A model generated the notes under the pieces. The model saw only the letters and a program-made list of their open reading frames with translations. It was not told where the DNA came from and did no database searches. A stretch of 62,689 nt of DNA, the filler included, from Diploschistes diacapsis (lineage: Eukaryota): NCBI GenBank assembly GCA_023645945.1. It is 14 parts of 14 records of this genome, joined end to end, with 100 filler letters (N's around TTAATTAATTAA, not from the genome) between each part and the next. Parts side by side here need not be neighbours in the genome. Positions count along the whole stretch, not along the records: positions 25,020 to 26,522 come from JALAIB010002983.1; positions 26,623 to 28,122 come from JALAIB010002984.1; positions 28,223 to 29,721 come from JALAIB010002985.1; positions 29,822 to 31,319 come from JALAIB010002986.1; positions 31,420 to 32,917 come from JALAIB010002987.1; positions 33,018 to 34,514 come from JALAIB010002988.1; positions 34,615 to 36,111 come from JALAIB010002989.1; positions 36,212 to 57,904 come from JALAIB010000299.1; 6 more parts are not named here. One strand, written 5' to 3'. Below, in pieces: positions 25,532 to 36,756 of the stretch. How positions within the stretch are numbered: the stretch's first letter is position 1; each line of letters opens with the position of its first letter. The position numbers were made by a program, and so were the translations under genes.

Positions 25532-26522
25532 ACGTGTTTGACGGTGAGTCCGGCCACCCCCAGAGTCCGGCCACCTCAAATCACTATTTCATCTTACATT
25601 CGATTTTTCTCAACAATGACTACCTCGTATCGCAATAATTCGATTCTAATAAAATCTAATATTAACGATTATTTACAGGCCCTAAAATCATAATAATATA
25701 TCAGCATTCGAGAGGTTGCCCGCGCATTTAAAGTATCTCAATCGACTATTATGGATCGACTTAATGAAGCTTAATCATGCTTTAATAACCACGAAACGAC
25801 TTAAATCCTTTTAAATTCAAAAAACAGACATTAATACGATAGATTACACGTTTTATATAAATTAACTTTCTTACATCGCTTACGTTAATAATAAATATAG
25901 CCGAAAAGATTTGACGCGAATATATTGGATTCGAATTTAAAAATCACGATCGCGAATTTTTAACCTATCGATAAATATTAGATATCGCGATTTCGTAAAC
26001 GATTTCCTAAAATTACTATATTTAGACAAAATAAATCGAGTTTAATAAATTTTATGCGATAAATTACGAAACTATACAACGAGAATTCGATATAGTAATA
26101 ATTTAATACAATAAGAGGCAATACGCGCCCGAATATATCTATAATATAAACGAATCAGGTTTTAGTATTAATAATAATTCTTTTTTTAAAACCTTCGTTT
26201 CGAGTCGAACAGACTCGAATTAAAAAATTATTAAAAAAAAATAAAAATGGATAACTACAATCGAATATATTTCAATTATTAACGAAACATTATCGTCTAT
26301 AATAATTTTTAAAACATTATATATTAATATTAATTAAATTCTAATCGAAACGCCTCGAAACTAACTATTTAATATTAATAATAAAGAATAAATAACAAAT
26401 AAACACGGATATTAATAACTTATACGTATTTTTAAACCTTTAATTAGACCGAATCGACCCGAAACGCGTCGTTTATTAATTATAAATAATTATAACAATT
26501 ATATTACCGTTAATATTATTCG
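25532..26522 (+). mobile_element. Pogo/Fot1-like family 1, 5' half with TIR and transposase start (RIP-degraded)
   Basis: TA followed by ACGTGTTTGACGGTGAGTCCGGCCACCCCCAGAGTCCGGCCACC; ATG 25616; HTH-like SIREVARAFKVSQSTIMDRL. The last ~100 bp match the reverse complement of about 23215-23315, giving a reconstructed element of about 1.86 kb. Confidence 0.9.
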
Positions 26523-26622
26523 NNNNNNNNNNNNNNNNNNNNNNNNNNNNNNNNNNNNNNNNNNNNTTAATTAATTAANNNNNNNNNNNNNNNNNNNNNN
26601 NNNNNNNNNNNNNNNNNNNNNN

Positions 26623-26827
26623 GAGAAAAGGAAGGGGAAGTGGGAGAAGGAAGGGTGTACGAGGAGAGGAGGATCTCGATCTCGAGCGGCGTGGGAACGG
26701 GTGGTGAAGAAGAAGCTGAAGCGGAAGGTAGAGGTGGGCTGAGCAGGGAAGAGAGGGTGAGGTAGAGGGATTCGGGAGTGTGGTCGCGCTGTGGTACAGG
26801 AGACTCGAATCGGGGTGAGGGAGGCAT
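26623..26827 (-). CDS. Possible N-terminal fragment of a host gene (LEIEIL motif recalls ECM9/PTAR1-like prenyltransferase-alpha repeat proteins), cut by contig end
   Basis: MPPSPRFESPVPQRDHTPESLYLTLSSLL...PLEIEILLSSYTLP in non-RIP sequence. Family assignment is from memory and weak. Confidence 0.3.
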
Positions 26828-27853
26828 GGAGGAGGGCGAAGGGCGGGAGGTCGGGATTGGAGGGAAAGGAGGCGGGCCAAGGAGAGCGGCTACTGGTTTG
26901 GGGTGCTTCGTACGAAACTGCTAGAACACTAGAATTAGACACTCCCTCTTCTTTGTTGTAAATGGGTGCGTTCATTTAACGTTCAAGAAGAGAGAGGGGG
27001 CCGATGCTCGAGTTGGGTCTGTCAAGCTCTTCCGTAGAAAGGTGTTTCCACGGTCCCGGCCATTTATTGCGGATGGGCTACCGGCAGGACGTTGACATGA
27101 GGTAAGTGCAGTTTGTGAGGCAGCTGGATGCTCCTTAAACAATTTGCACAGTTTATCTCATCTTGAATATGTCAAAGCTCTATTTGGCTTCATACTGTCG
27201 CCTACTATGTAGGTGAACATCTATCCATGGCAGTCAAAGGTGATTAATTCAATTGTATTCCCAAACTCCCAACAGACGAAGCGTATTTTTGACCCTAGAA
27301 TAACAGTCCAAGTGCAGTGCGCCACTGAATGTGATCGATCGTACTGCAATGCCCTATTTACACCGGTGGTGTAATGAACGCGCACATGGTTGCTGACCTG
27401 CGAAGCAAATAAGGAAAGAAACATCGTAACTTGTCTTGCGCCGAGGTTAAGCTCTCGTAGTTCTCTAAGGAACCCATGAGATGGTGATGACCTGTCCGAG
27501 CAATGTATCGAAACCCTGTCCTCCGCCAAGGTTTCTAGCCCAGTCATCAAAGCTCTATTATTATGAAGGCGAGCACGTCGCACATACCCAGGAGCACAAC
27601 GAAGGCCTCCCTCTCGATTTGGTGTCAGATTATTAATTTTTAGGACGCATCACTAGTCCTATTAACAATAGTTAAACATCCTACCAGTAGTTATAGACCC
27701 TTAGGAGATTATTAGATTATTAATCTAAATATTGGATTAATGATATAATAATATTTAAACTGTGGATTTAATAAATGTTAAATAATTAGATTTACTATTA
27801 TATTAAATTATAGATCGAATAATGTTGAATTATAAATCTAATATTTATCGGAG

Positions 27854-28122
27854 TAGGCTGGCCGTTGCGTGCCACGGTCACTGACACGGACATTATCGCG
27901 AAAATTTTCTCGGCACGGACATTTTTACGGATACTATACTGCAGTAAAAACACGAACACGGACATTACGATTAAAAATTTTAAAATACGGATATTTCTAC
28001 GGACATTATATTATAATAAAAACACGGACACGAATATTACGATTAAAAATTTTAAAATACGGACATTTTTACGGACATTATATTATAGTAAAAGCACGGA
28101 CACGGACACTACGGCTAAAAAT
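27854..28122 (+). mobile_element. hAT-like element, end type A, plus 72-bp tandem array
   Basis: Terminus TAGGCTGGCCGTTGCGTGCCACGGTCACTGACACGG followed by 72-bp ACACGGAC-rich units (27986 vs 28058). Confidence 0.7.
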
Positions 28123-28529
28123 NNNNNNNNNNNNNNNNNNNNNNNNNNNNNNNNNNNNNNNNNNNNTTAATTAATTAANNNNNNNNNNNNNNNNNNNNNN
28201 NNNNNNNNNNNNNNNNNNNNNNGATATAAGGAAGGTTAGGTTAAAGTAAGGCAATAACGTTTTATATTTAAGATATATAATGTACGTGTCTGGACTGAAA
28301 GCAAACCTTATATTAGAATAAAAGTTATGTAAAGTAGGATTACGGGGAAATTTTTATTAAAAAAGTTTATATCTATACGACAAGGACGGTCGGATTATTT
28401 TTATATATAAGAAAAAGAATGGAGTTTATTACTCGAGCAAAATTATTAAAAAAAAACATGCGTATAGAGTAACTGCGTATTTAGTAACTGAACCTGAATC
28501 TAAACTAAACTTAAAAGTTTAGTTTAATA

Positions 28530-28999
28530 AAAATAGTTATCAATTATAACACGCACGTATGACTTATATAAGACTTAAGAAGCTTTAGAATCTGTACGAA
28601 GTTACGACTTTTGCTAATTTTACCCGTATCGTATCTTATACGGATAAGATATACTAATTAATCAAATTTAGGTAATAGATTGGCCGTACGTTGATTAAAT
28701 ATAAGCAAAATATCTTAAATTTAATAAGTATCGATATTTATAAACCGTTCTTAAAATCATTTAATAACAATTAATACCTTATAAAAATTATAAATAATTC
28801 TTCGCGAAAAATCTGATCTATCTTTTATAAAACTCGAAAGAATATTATTCGTATTTTATAATTTTAAACAAAATTAATTTCTATAATCGAAAATTAAAGG
28901 AGAAGTTTAAGAATTTAGATGGAACCGATAGTATTATATACGTCAAATTAAAATAATATTGCCGAAAGATTTATATAAATTACCGAGATAAACATCCGT
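28530..28999 (+). mobile_element. RIP-degraded Ty1/Copia GAG-pre-integrase and integrase fragment
   Basis: YQL*HARMTYIR (LWHxRxxH-like) and LNLISIDIYKPFLKSFNNN*YLIKIINNSSRKI* (LxLVxxDICGP...Y...D..SR..W-like). Confidence 0.75.
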
Positions 29000-29721
29000 T
29001 GTCAGTATGTACTCAAATTGATTTGTGAAGTGAAGATGCCTCCAAAAGCTATGGCTACCATCGAGCTCTTTATAGCTACTATTGTAGCTATTAAGCGGGT
29101 GGATGCCCAATGGCATCATGTCTTATGGCGTCATAGGCGACGCCAGCGAGGGTAGGGACAAGCGAGCTTAGTAAGAACAAGCGATTCTTTTTAGTAGTAT
29201 TATAATTATTATAATATTTACCGATATAAAAATGCTTATGTTTATATAAATAATATTTTAAATAAGTACCGAATAAGCGAGATAAAACCCTCGATATTCG
29301 TTTTAAAATATTCTAATAATATGTTTAGTATTATTCCCTTTTTTTATCTTTAAATTAATCTTTACTTTTTTATCCAGCTTATTTTTATAGCGTAGATATG
29401 ATTCTAGTTTTATATCTTTTATAGTTTAGTTTTTACAGCGCCGGCGTGCCTTGTTTTGAATTCGAGGATCCGGTCTGTCGAGTGTTTTTATAGCTCTCGC
29501 TTTATGATTTATATATCGTCGGTAATATTATATCTTAGTTATTGTATTAGATATTGTATATTTTATTTACGTCTTTTGCGTACCCGTCGCTTTGTTAATA
29601 GTCGTTTTATCTCGTATTCTTCGTCGATTTCGATCGTCATAAACGGCGGCGGTAAGGATCGTTTGCGGTAAGGATCGTTAGCTGGGTCTAGTACCGGCTC
29701 GAGGTGCGCAATGTTAATAAT
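29000..29721 (-). mobile_element. Gypsy chromovirus 3' end: chromodomain, PPT and 3' LTR (about 29330-29000)
   Basis: Minus strand IAHLEPVLDPANDPY...EEYEIKRLLTKR...QYLIQ*LRY. Purine tract at 29331-29347. LTR ends ...AATTTGAGTACATACTGACA and is homologous to 30620-30816 and 31420-31590. Confidence 0.85.
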
Positions 29722-30155
29722 NNNNNNNNNNNNNNNNNNNNNNNNNNNNNNNNNNNNNNNNNNNNTTAATTAATTAANNNNNNNNNNNNNNNNNNNNNNN
29801 NNNNNNNNNNNNNNNNNNNNNAGATTTAATTTATCTAAAAAAATTTAAATTTTAATTAAACCGATCGGAAGTAATATTAATAATAAAGCTTAACGGATCC
29901 CGTTGGATATAAAAATCTACGCAGTAGGATATCTTCATAGATTAAGACCTATAGACTTCAATATATCCATTACGTTGCTCAACAAGACAAACTAACCCAT
30001 TTAGGTTAATAATCTGACACAGGTGGTGCTCCGAATCATCTCGCGTAGATTCGATGCTTCCTTTCCTCGGACCTGACTCCGACCATACTTTTTTCCTATC
30101 GGACTTTCCCGACATGTACGCTCGCTTTGTCAGCAGCGGAACTTAACTTAACGTA

Positions 30156-30619
30156 ACGTCTTTCATAAGTCATCCGCCCATATAAGTCATTCGCCCACCT
30201 ACCCCCCATTCTACATGTTTTTATTCTTATAACATAACTAATTTAGGTTATAATTAAAAAAATTTATTTAATTAGTATTATAGCGTTACGAGCATGTACG
30301 GGCAGTATATTCGTACGAACTATATAGGCTGCATCGTGATGGAGCGCGTGTTTTTTACGGAAAGGTATTATGTTCTTTCGAAGCTAAAATACTATTTATA
30401 TTTAATCTTATACGATTCTGTCTTTTCTATACGGTCAAAATATTTTTATATAATATAAAAGTAACTGGATTCGATCGTTTTTGTTTTCGCTTTTAATTTG
30501 CAGCGCGTAAAACGACGTTTTCGTTAACGAGAAATACGTCGTTATATATCGTTATTTAATAGTCTTTAATAAGTTAATTTAAAGCGTGATTTATTAAACT
30601 TATTAGATTTATCGTACGA
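30156..30619 (-). mobile_element. Pogo/Fot1-like family 2, 3' end with TIR
   Basis: TA followed by ACGTCTTTCATAAGTCATCCGCCCATATAAGTCATTCGCCCACC, which has an internal direct repeat. Minus strand RAPSRCSLYSSYEYTARTC is a RIP-mutated C-terminal zinc knuckle. Confidence 0.8.
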
Positions 30620-31319
30620 TGTTAAAGATATCTGTAGTAGCGATTGAGCTACTGGGGGTGTCGCTTGCTCTTGCCCTCGCCAGCGTCGCTCATGACGCCA
30701 TGGGTTATGATGCCGCTGGTCATCCACCCACCTGTAGTAGTTATAAGGGCTCGCTGCCCACCTAGCTTTCAGAGAATCATCTTCTTCCCACATAATAATT
30801 TGAGCCTATCTTGACATTTGGTAGCAACGATTGTTCGACCAATTTTCAGACCGTCTTTAAAGCTCCAACAACAAGTTTTTATTTATATTAATCCTCTCTT
30901 GCGGATTAGAATTCATATTAAAGCTTAATCTTTATGAACTTCCCCCTTCCCCTCAACCTGCAGTGGCCAGAGTTTATTTTATATTTTATTTTATTCTTCT
31001 TTTATTTTTTTAATTAAAGTGAGATCGACCTTTAATTAAATATATCGAGCTTATCTTTCGGTCCTTTTATAAATAATTTAAGCCTGCTTTAAAACTATCT
31101 ACTATCACCTCATGTCTTGAAAGTTATTTTTAATTAAGATTTCTCGGATCTGTTATTTGCGGAAATGCCCAGCATCGAAAGCAAATGCGTTCACTAATAT
31201 GAATCAATCTTGCTTAAAGGACGGCTTTCCGGATCGACTATTTTAGTAAGAAATCTTTATATTAAAATAGCTGATAAAGGAATAACGAGACAATTTCGTT
31301 TTAAAAATATTATAATTAC
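30620..31319 (+). mobile_element. Gypsy-type 5' LTR (about 30620-30816), PBS-like TTTGGTAGC and internal leader
   Basis: TG...TTGACA boundaries; homology to the LTR at 29000-29190 (reverse strand); TGG-containing PBS-like motif just downstream. Confidence 0.75.
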
Positions 31320-31419
31320 NNNNNNNNNNNNNNNNNNNNNNNNNNNNNNNNNNNNNNNNNNNNTTAATTAATTAANNNNNNNNNNNNNNNNNNNNNNNNN
31401 NNNNNNNNNNNNNNNNNNN

Positions 31420-31590
31420 TTCGCTTATACTTACTAGGCGCGCTTGCTCCTGCCCTCGTCGCTGTCGCTATGACGCCAGGGCCACGATGCCATTAGGCAT
31501 CCACGCGGTGTAGCTATAAAGGCTCGCCGCCCTCACTAGCTATTTGCAATCCATCTTTCTCACGCACAAATTTGAAGCTGTATAGCAATA
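31420..31590 (+). mobile_element. Third, diverged copy of the same LTR family (partial)
   Basis: Shared blocks CGCTTGCTC..GCCCTCG..GTCGCT.ATGACGCCA...GATGCC...CATCCAC...TATAA.GGCTCG. Confidence 0.75.
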
Positions 31591-32423
31591 TAGACGAGAA
31601 AGGGATCTAACTCGGCGCTAAAAAACGTACGAAAGTCGTCGTACATATCCTTTATCGTCAAATCGATCGCTAGCGCTTAATCGCGAATAATCGCGATTTA
31701 GCGACGATAATCGAGACGATCTCGATTAGAAAAAAATGGCTTTCTCTTTTAATTATTTTTAAAAGCAAAAAGCTATAAACAGAATCAATAAAAAATATTA
31801 TTCTTTTAAATAAGTCTACGCTTCAATATTTATAAATCTATTAATAATTTATAGATATAAAGATCTATAAGTTATATCTTTTAATTAATATAATATTATT
31901 CCGTTTTATCTATAATGAATGTAATAGATTTTCGATTCCGAGAATGTTTCTAAACTACGTTCGCCGTAGGCCTAAAAAATCCTATTTATGAACGATTACG
32001 AGAATCAAATCTCGCTCTCGTTCCTAAACTAAATAACGAATAAAAGGATTTTAGCGATATATTTGCTAACGTATACCTTTCACGTCCTCCAGTTTTTAAA
32101 TATTAGCTTATTTAATTCATTTACGTATGTTTATAAGAAACGAGTCGGGACGTTATTATAATAAAACATTATTTATATTAATAAATACTTTTTTTTTAAA
32201 TTCTTATTAACGCTCGAACAAATGTTTATATTATTAGAAACGCTCGCGTCGCGTAAAAAAACGCCGGCATCGAATCTTTCGACTTTTTTAAACCGATTTT
32301 TAAGATTCCCGACGCCGTCGACGACTTTTTTAACGTTTTTAAAACTCGTTATATCTTATTTACGATGTTTCGAACCTTTCGAGAAATAAAATTTTTAAAG
32401 AACTCGACTTTAGACTTTCGGTA

Positions 32424-32680
32424 ACGTGTTTCACGGGGATTCCGGCCACCCCCAGATTCCGGCCACCTTAAATCATTACCGCCAACATTCTACGGTTTTT
32501 AGATATAACCTGTTCGTCGCAATTAAAATCTAATCGATTTAAATCGAATCTATTTTCCTTTTTTTATTCTTCTCGATTTTAAAAACGCGACGACGTTTTT
32601 TACGCGTTATAAATCGTTTCGAAACTATTCGATTCGATTTAACCCGAATTATTATTTTAAGAATTTCGTTTGTATTAAAC
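32424..32680 (-). mobile_element. Pogo/Fot1-like family 1 3' end, second copy, interrupted by the hAT-like element
   Basis: TA plus the same 3' TIR; sequence parallels 22345-22600. Confidence 0.9.
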
Positions 32681-32917
32681 TAGGCTGGCCGTCACGGACA
32701 CCGACACGGCCGTGACAGTATCCGTGTTTTAAAATTTTTAGCCGTAATGTCCGTGTCCGTGCTTTTATTATAATATAATGTTCGTGGAAGTATCCGTGTT
32801 TTAAATTTTTTAATCGTAATATCCGTATCCGTATTTTTATTATAATATAATGTTCGTAAAAGTATCCGTATTTTAAAATTTTTAATCGTAATATTCGTAT
32901 TAATAAATATATTATCG
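32681..32917 (-). mobile_element. hAT-like element, end type B, plus 72-bp array
   Basis: TAGGCTGGCCGTCACGGACACCGACACGGCCGTG followed by reverse-oriented 72-bp units. Confidence 0.7.
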
Positions 32918-33017
32918 NNNNNNNNNNNNNNNNNNNNNNNNNNNNNNNNNNNNNNNNNNNNTTAATTAATTAANNNNNNNNNNNNNNNNNNNNNNNNNNN
33001 NNNNNNNNNNNNNNNNN

Positions 33018-34118
33018 ATATTAACGTAATAACGATAAAAATAATACGCGGACGAGTACCGACGCCTTATTAAAGAAATCAATTCCGGCGACTCGGTTTA
33101 ATTAAATATATATAACATTAAAATCACTCGAGCCTGTAAGAAATTAAATAATAAATAAAACGGCCCCTATAATGTCCTACGAAAAATAAACGATATGAAC
33201 TTTAAGCTAAATTTATTAACGTCGATAAAGTAATTCAAAACTTTTTACTCGTTTTTATTTTCGAAAGACCCGTAAGATTTTTTAAAAAAATAGACGTATT
33301 CTAAACTATTTCCGATAAAAACGAAAGACGGAAAAGAATAAGAAATTAAGGAGATCCTTGACGCCAAAAGAGGCCCCGAGCGAGGAATAAACGTCCAGTA
33401 TAAAATATATTGGGTAAAATAGCCTATCGACGATAGTTAATATCCCGCCGTTAACTTCGAAAATGCCTTCGAAATCCTACGAGAATTTTATTAATTAAAT
33501 CCCGAAAAAATAAAACTCCCGTAACTAATAATACCCGGGGATAGGCAACCTACGCTAATAAGAACTACAGACGGAAGCGAACTTTCAAAATAAAACGATA
33601 TCGATCATCACGACGACCATATTTTCCTATAGAATCTAAAAGCGTATTTAACTAAAAACGACGCTAAAAGAAATTCAAAGAAACGGAAATATCTATTACG
33701 AAAGAATAACGGGTATTCTTTTAAATAAATTAGAAAAAAAGATGAAAATCGAGGTAAAAATTAATTAAAAAAAAATATCGCGTTTATAAGAAACACAAAC
33801 ATTTAAAAAAGGAGGTAATAAGATAGTTTAGTTTAGGGACCTGCCAAGCTGGGCCTGTCAAGCCCCGGTAGGGTTAATGCCCAGATGTTTGCCAAGATAC
33901 GGCAAGGTTAAGAAATGGTTATGTAAACGGATAGTCCTCGAACCCTAATAAATCCGACATTTATATTACTTAACGGTACCTTCCTCCCACCTAAATAATT
34001 TTTTCTTTAGCTTTTCGAATCGAGACCTTTTACCTGTAGATACTCAAGCTACACCTAATCCTTCCGGATCAGGTCCAGCCCCCGGTAGAGTAATATCCTT
34101 TCCTACGCTGGCGTTTCA
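33018..34118 (+). mobile_element. Gypsy chromovirus 3' end: integrase GPY motif, chromodomain, PPT and LTR (about 33819-34118)
   Basis: KKLNNK*NGPY and E*EIKEILDAK...VQYKIYWVK*PIDDS*YPAVNFENAFEILREFY; purine tract AAAAAAGGAGG near 33805-33815. Confidence 0.85.
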
Positions 34119-34262
34119 CGTAATACTTTTTAAACTTATCTTTATAATTTACTAAATTCGCCGAAAATTCCTATATATCTTAACTCGCCGGATATTTTTT
34201 TTATCTAATTTAATACCTACCTTCTTTCGCGTTAATAATCCTTTTAACTTCGTACTCGTTCT

Positions 34263-34514
34263 TAGGCTGGCCGTCACTGACACTAACACGGCCGTGTCAG
34301 TGACACGGATACTGACAGTATCAGTATCCGTGTTTTAGATTTTTTAGCTACTGTATCCGTGTCCGTGGATTCACGGAAATATAGTATCCGTATTAATATC
34401 CGTATTTTAAAAATTTTTATTACGATGTCCGTATCCGTGTTTTTAATATAATATAATATCCGTATCCATGTCCGTGTCGAAAATTTTTTTATTATAATAT
34501 CCGTATTCGTGCAT
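34263..34514 (-). mobile_element. hAT-like element, end type B, plus array (second copy)
   Basis: TAGGCTGGCCGTCACTGACACTAACACGGCCGTG followed by GTCCGTG-rich units. Confidence 0.7.
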
Positions 34515-34668
34515 NNNNNNNNNNNNNNNNNNNNNNNNNNNNNNNNNNNNNNNNNNNNTTAATTAATTAANNNNNNNNNNNNNNNNNNNNNNNNNNNNNN
34601 NNNNNNNNNNNNNNATATTAGATCTTTCGGCGAATTATCGGGTCGATAATATTAGAAAAAAGAAATAA

Positions 34669-35123
34669 TATTACGATCTAAATATTAGACTTAGTACGTC
34701 TTAACTTTATATATAAATCAGTTACGGAACTAAAAATCACGTGATACGTTTATTATTCGCGTTTATTCTCGTAAACGGCGAATAAGCTTTCGTTATCGCT
34801 CGACGATCGCGCTTATTCTTATAAGCGGCAAATTTCGAGGGTATCGTTCGTTAAATTTACGATAAACGACGAGCGAGTTAATTATATATAAACACGATTT
34901 TATTTTCGTGAAAAAAAACGTGTTTATTTTTATAAATATCTTAAATTATTACTCGGGATTAATTTATATTCGTTATTTTTATCATTTTAGAACCTTCTTT
35001 CTAGAAATAATCTAAGATTTATAACTATTCTATCTTCTTTTCCTACCACATTCCTCTTCTAACAGAAACTAAACCCACCTTGATCCTACTCGTGTATACC
35101 TTGTATAGATAGAGATCATAACA
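34669..35123 (+). mobile_element. 3' LTR with heavily RIP-mutated start, preceded by PPT; same family as 60411-60757
   Basis: Starts TATTACGATCTAAATATTAGACTTAGTACGTCTTAAC versus TATTACGATCCAAGTACCAGACTTGGCACGTCCCAGC (reverse complement from 60757); ends ...CATAACA. Confidence 0.75.
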
Positions 35124-35439
35124 AATGATTCTTTAATTCGTACGCGCATTTTTTTAATTTATTTTCGTTTATTAAATGTCTTATTTATCGTACGAAATAT
35201 CTTGATCTCGATTTTAAGAATTATCATTTTATACGTTAATTTAGAAATGTTTTTAATTTATATATTAATTAACTCGTATAAATTAATAGACAAACTGTTT
35301 TAATATTTAATAATTCTAAGTTTTAAAATTATAGAGCCTCGTAAAGTATCTTTCGCCGTACGGGGCGTATTTAAGTTAATAAATGCGGAACTCGTCGGAC
35401 GAAAGTTCGAAGTTATAAACGTACAAGATTTAAAATTTA

Positions 35440-36111
35440 TGTTGAACAGGCAGGCAGAATGCATGGCTGGGAGGTTCAGCTGAACCCACTTGGGTTCTTG
35501 CTAATCCGGATTGGGAGTAGCGCAAGCCTGTAGGGCTTAGCGGATCCCATATGTATAAAGGCTTGCATGTAGGTTATTCCTTTTAGATAGATCTTAAGAC
35601 TTTAATATATTCGTTGTACAATAGGTTATGAACCCGGTTTAATTTACTCGAATTATTTTGTTTTTGATTATTAAAAATGTTTCCGGGCAGGTGTTATCGT
35701 TACGACTGCGGGATCTAATTACGTTATTTATTATAGGTTAGATTGAAGAGATCTTAAAATTCCTAGATCTAGATTATAGCACCTTAAGGTGATTAGATCT
35801 AAAGTAGAAGTTAAATTACTTATTAATAAAACGCGGGTACCGATTACGCTGCTCTAGGAGAACTAAATTGGCTGAACCACGTTAAAGTTTAGGACCTGAA
35901 TACAGGTTTATTTAGTTGACATTCGAAAAACCCTTCCTCTTCGATAATCATCGAAATCTAATAGAATTCTATTGCTGCACTTATTCGATTATTTTTGATA
36001 AGTATCGAAGTTTAGCTGAACTCGCTGAACCTGTTCGATTATCTTTATTTCTTTAATAGAAAACTTATACTTCTTTGTTCTATTTATTAACGATTTATTG
36101 ATTACGATTTA
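35440..36111 (+). mobile_element. Ty1/Copia 5' LTR (35440-35623), PBS (35624-35635) and leader
   Basis: TGTTG...CAATA (CAACA after C>T) immediately followed by GGTTATGAACCC, matching the Copia GGTTATGRGCCC-type PBS. Confidence 0.85.
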
Positions 36112-36756
36112 NNNNNNNNNNNNNNNNNNNNNNNNNNNNNNNNNNNNNNNNNNNNTTAATTAATTAANNNNNNNNNNNNNNNNNNNNNNNNNNNNNNNNN
36201 NNNNNNNNNNNGGGGAGTGATGCTTGGAGTGCGGAGGTGGTGACAGGTGTAGGAGGAGGAGGAAGGGTGGTGTGTGTGGGTAGGGTGAATTGTTGTAGCT
36301 TGGTGGTTGTAGGTTGGTTGGTGCTTGAGAGGGCTGGATGATGGGAATAGGAAGCTCGTGGTTGAGGGTCGGTATATTTGTTTGTTAGATTGCAGTTTCT
36401 GACGCCATGAGATGGGCTCCTGGTAGATCGGTTCTGGCTCCAGGAGGGCCTTGGCGGACTGCTCCTTCGGTAAGGTTCTGGGCTTGCGGGTGCTTGGTAG
36501 TGAGGTGTAAGTCAAAAATATAGATAGCAAGCAAAGTATATGGCTGCATAAGTAGATCAAGCAGAACGTATTCCATGCTCAAATTTCCAGCCTTCACCCC
36601 AAGCAGAGACGAACCCGATTAGGACGCCCTTATAAATACAGAATTTCCGCAGTTCTCTTACAAGTAGCGGTAAAATAACTTTGATGGCGCAATGGAGCAT
36701 CAGAGATGCAAAAGATCCACATAGATACCATCATTGGAAGCGATCAAGGAAACAGC

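Noticed and set aside
27865..28174. ORFs with 24-aa repeats (RTFLRILYYNKNTDTDITIKNFKI), also 60695-60943, as a repeat protein or CRISPR array
   Set aside because: By-product of a 72-bp tandem unit that is open in more than one frame. There are no unique spacers and no cas genes, and the genome is eukaryotic.
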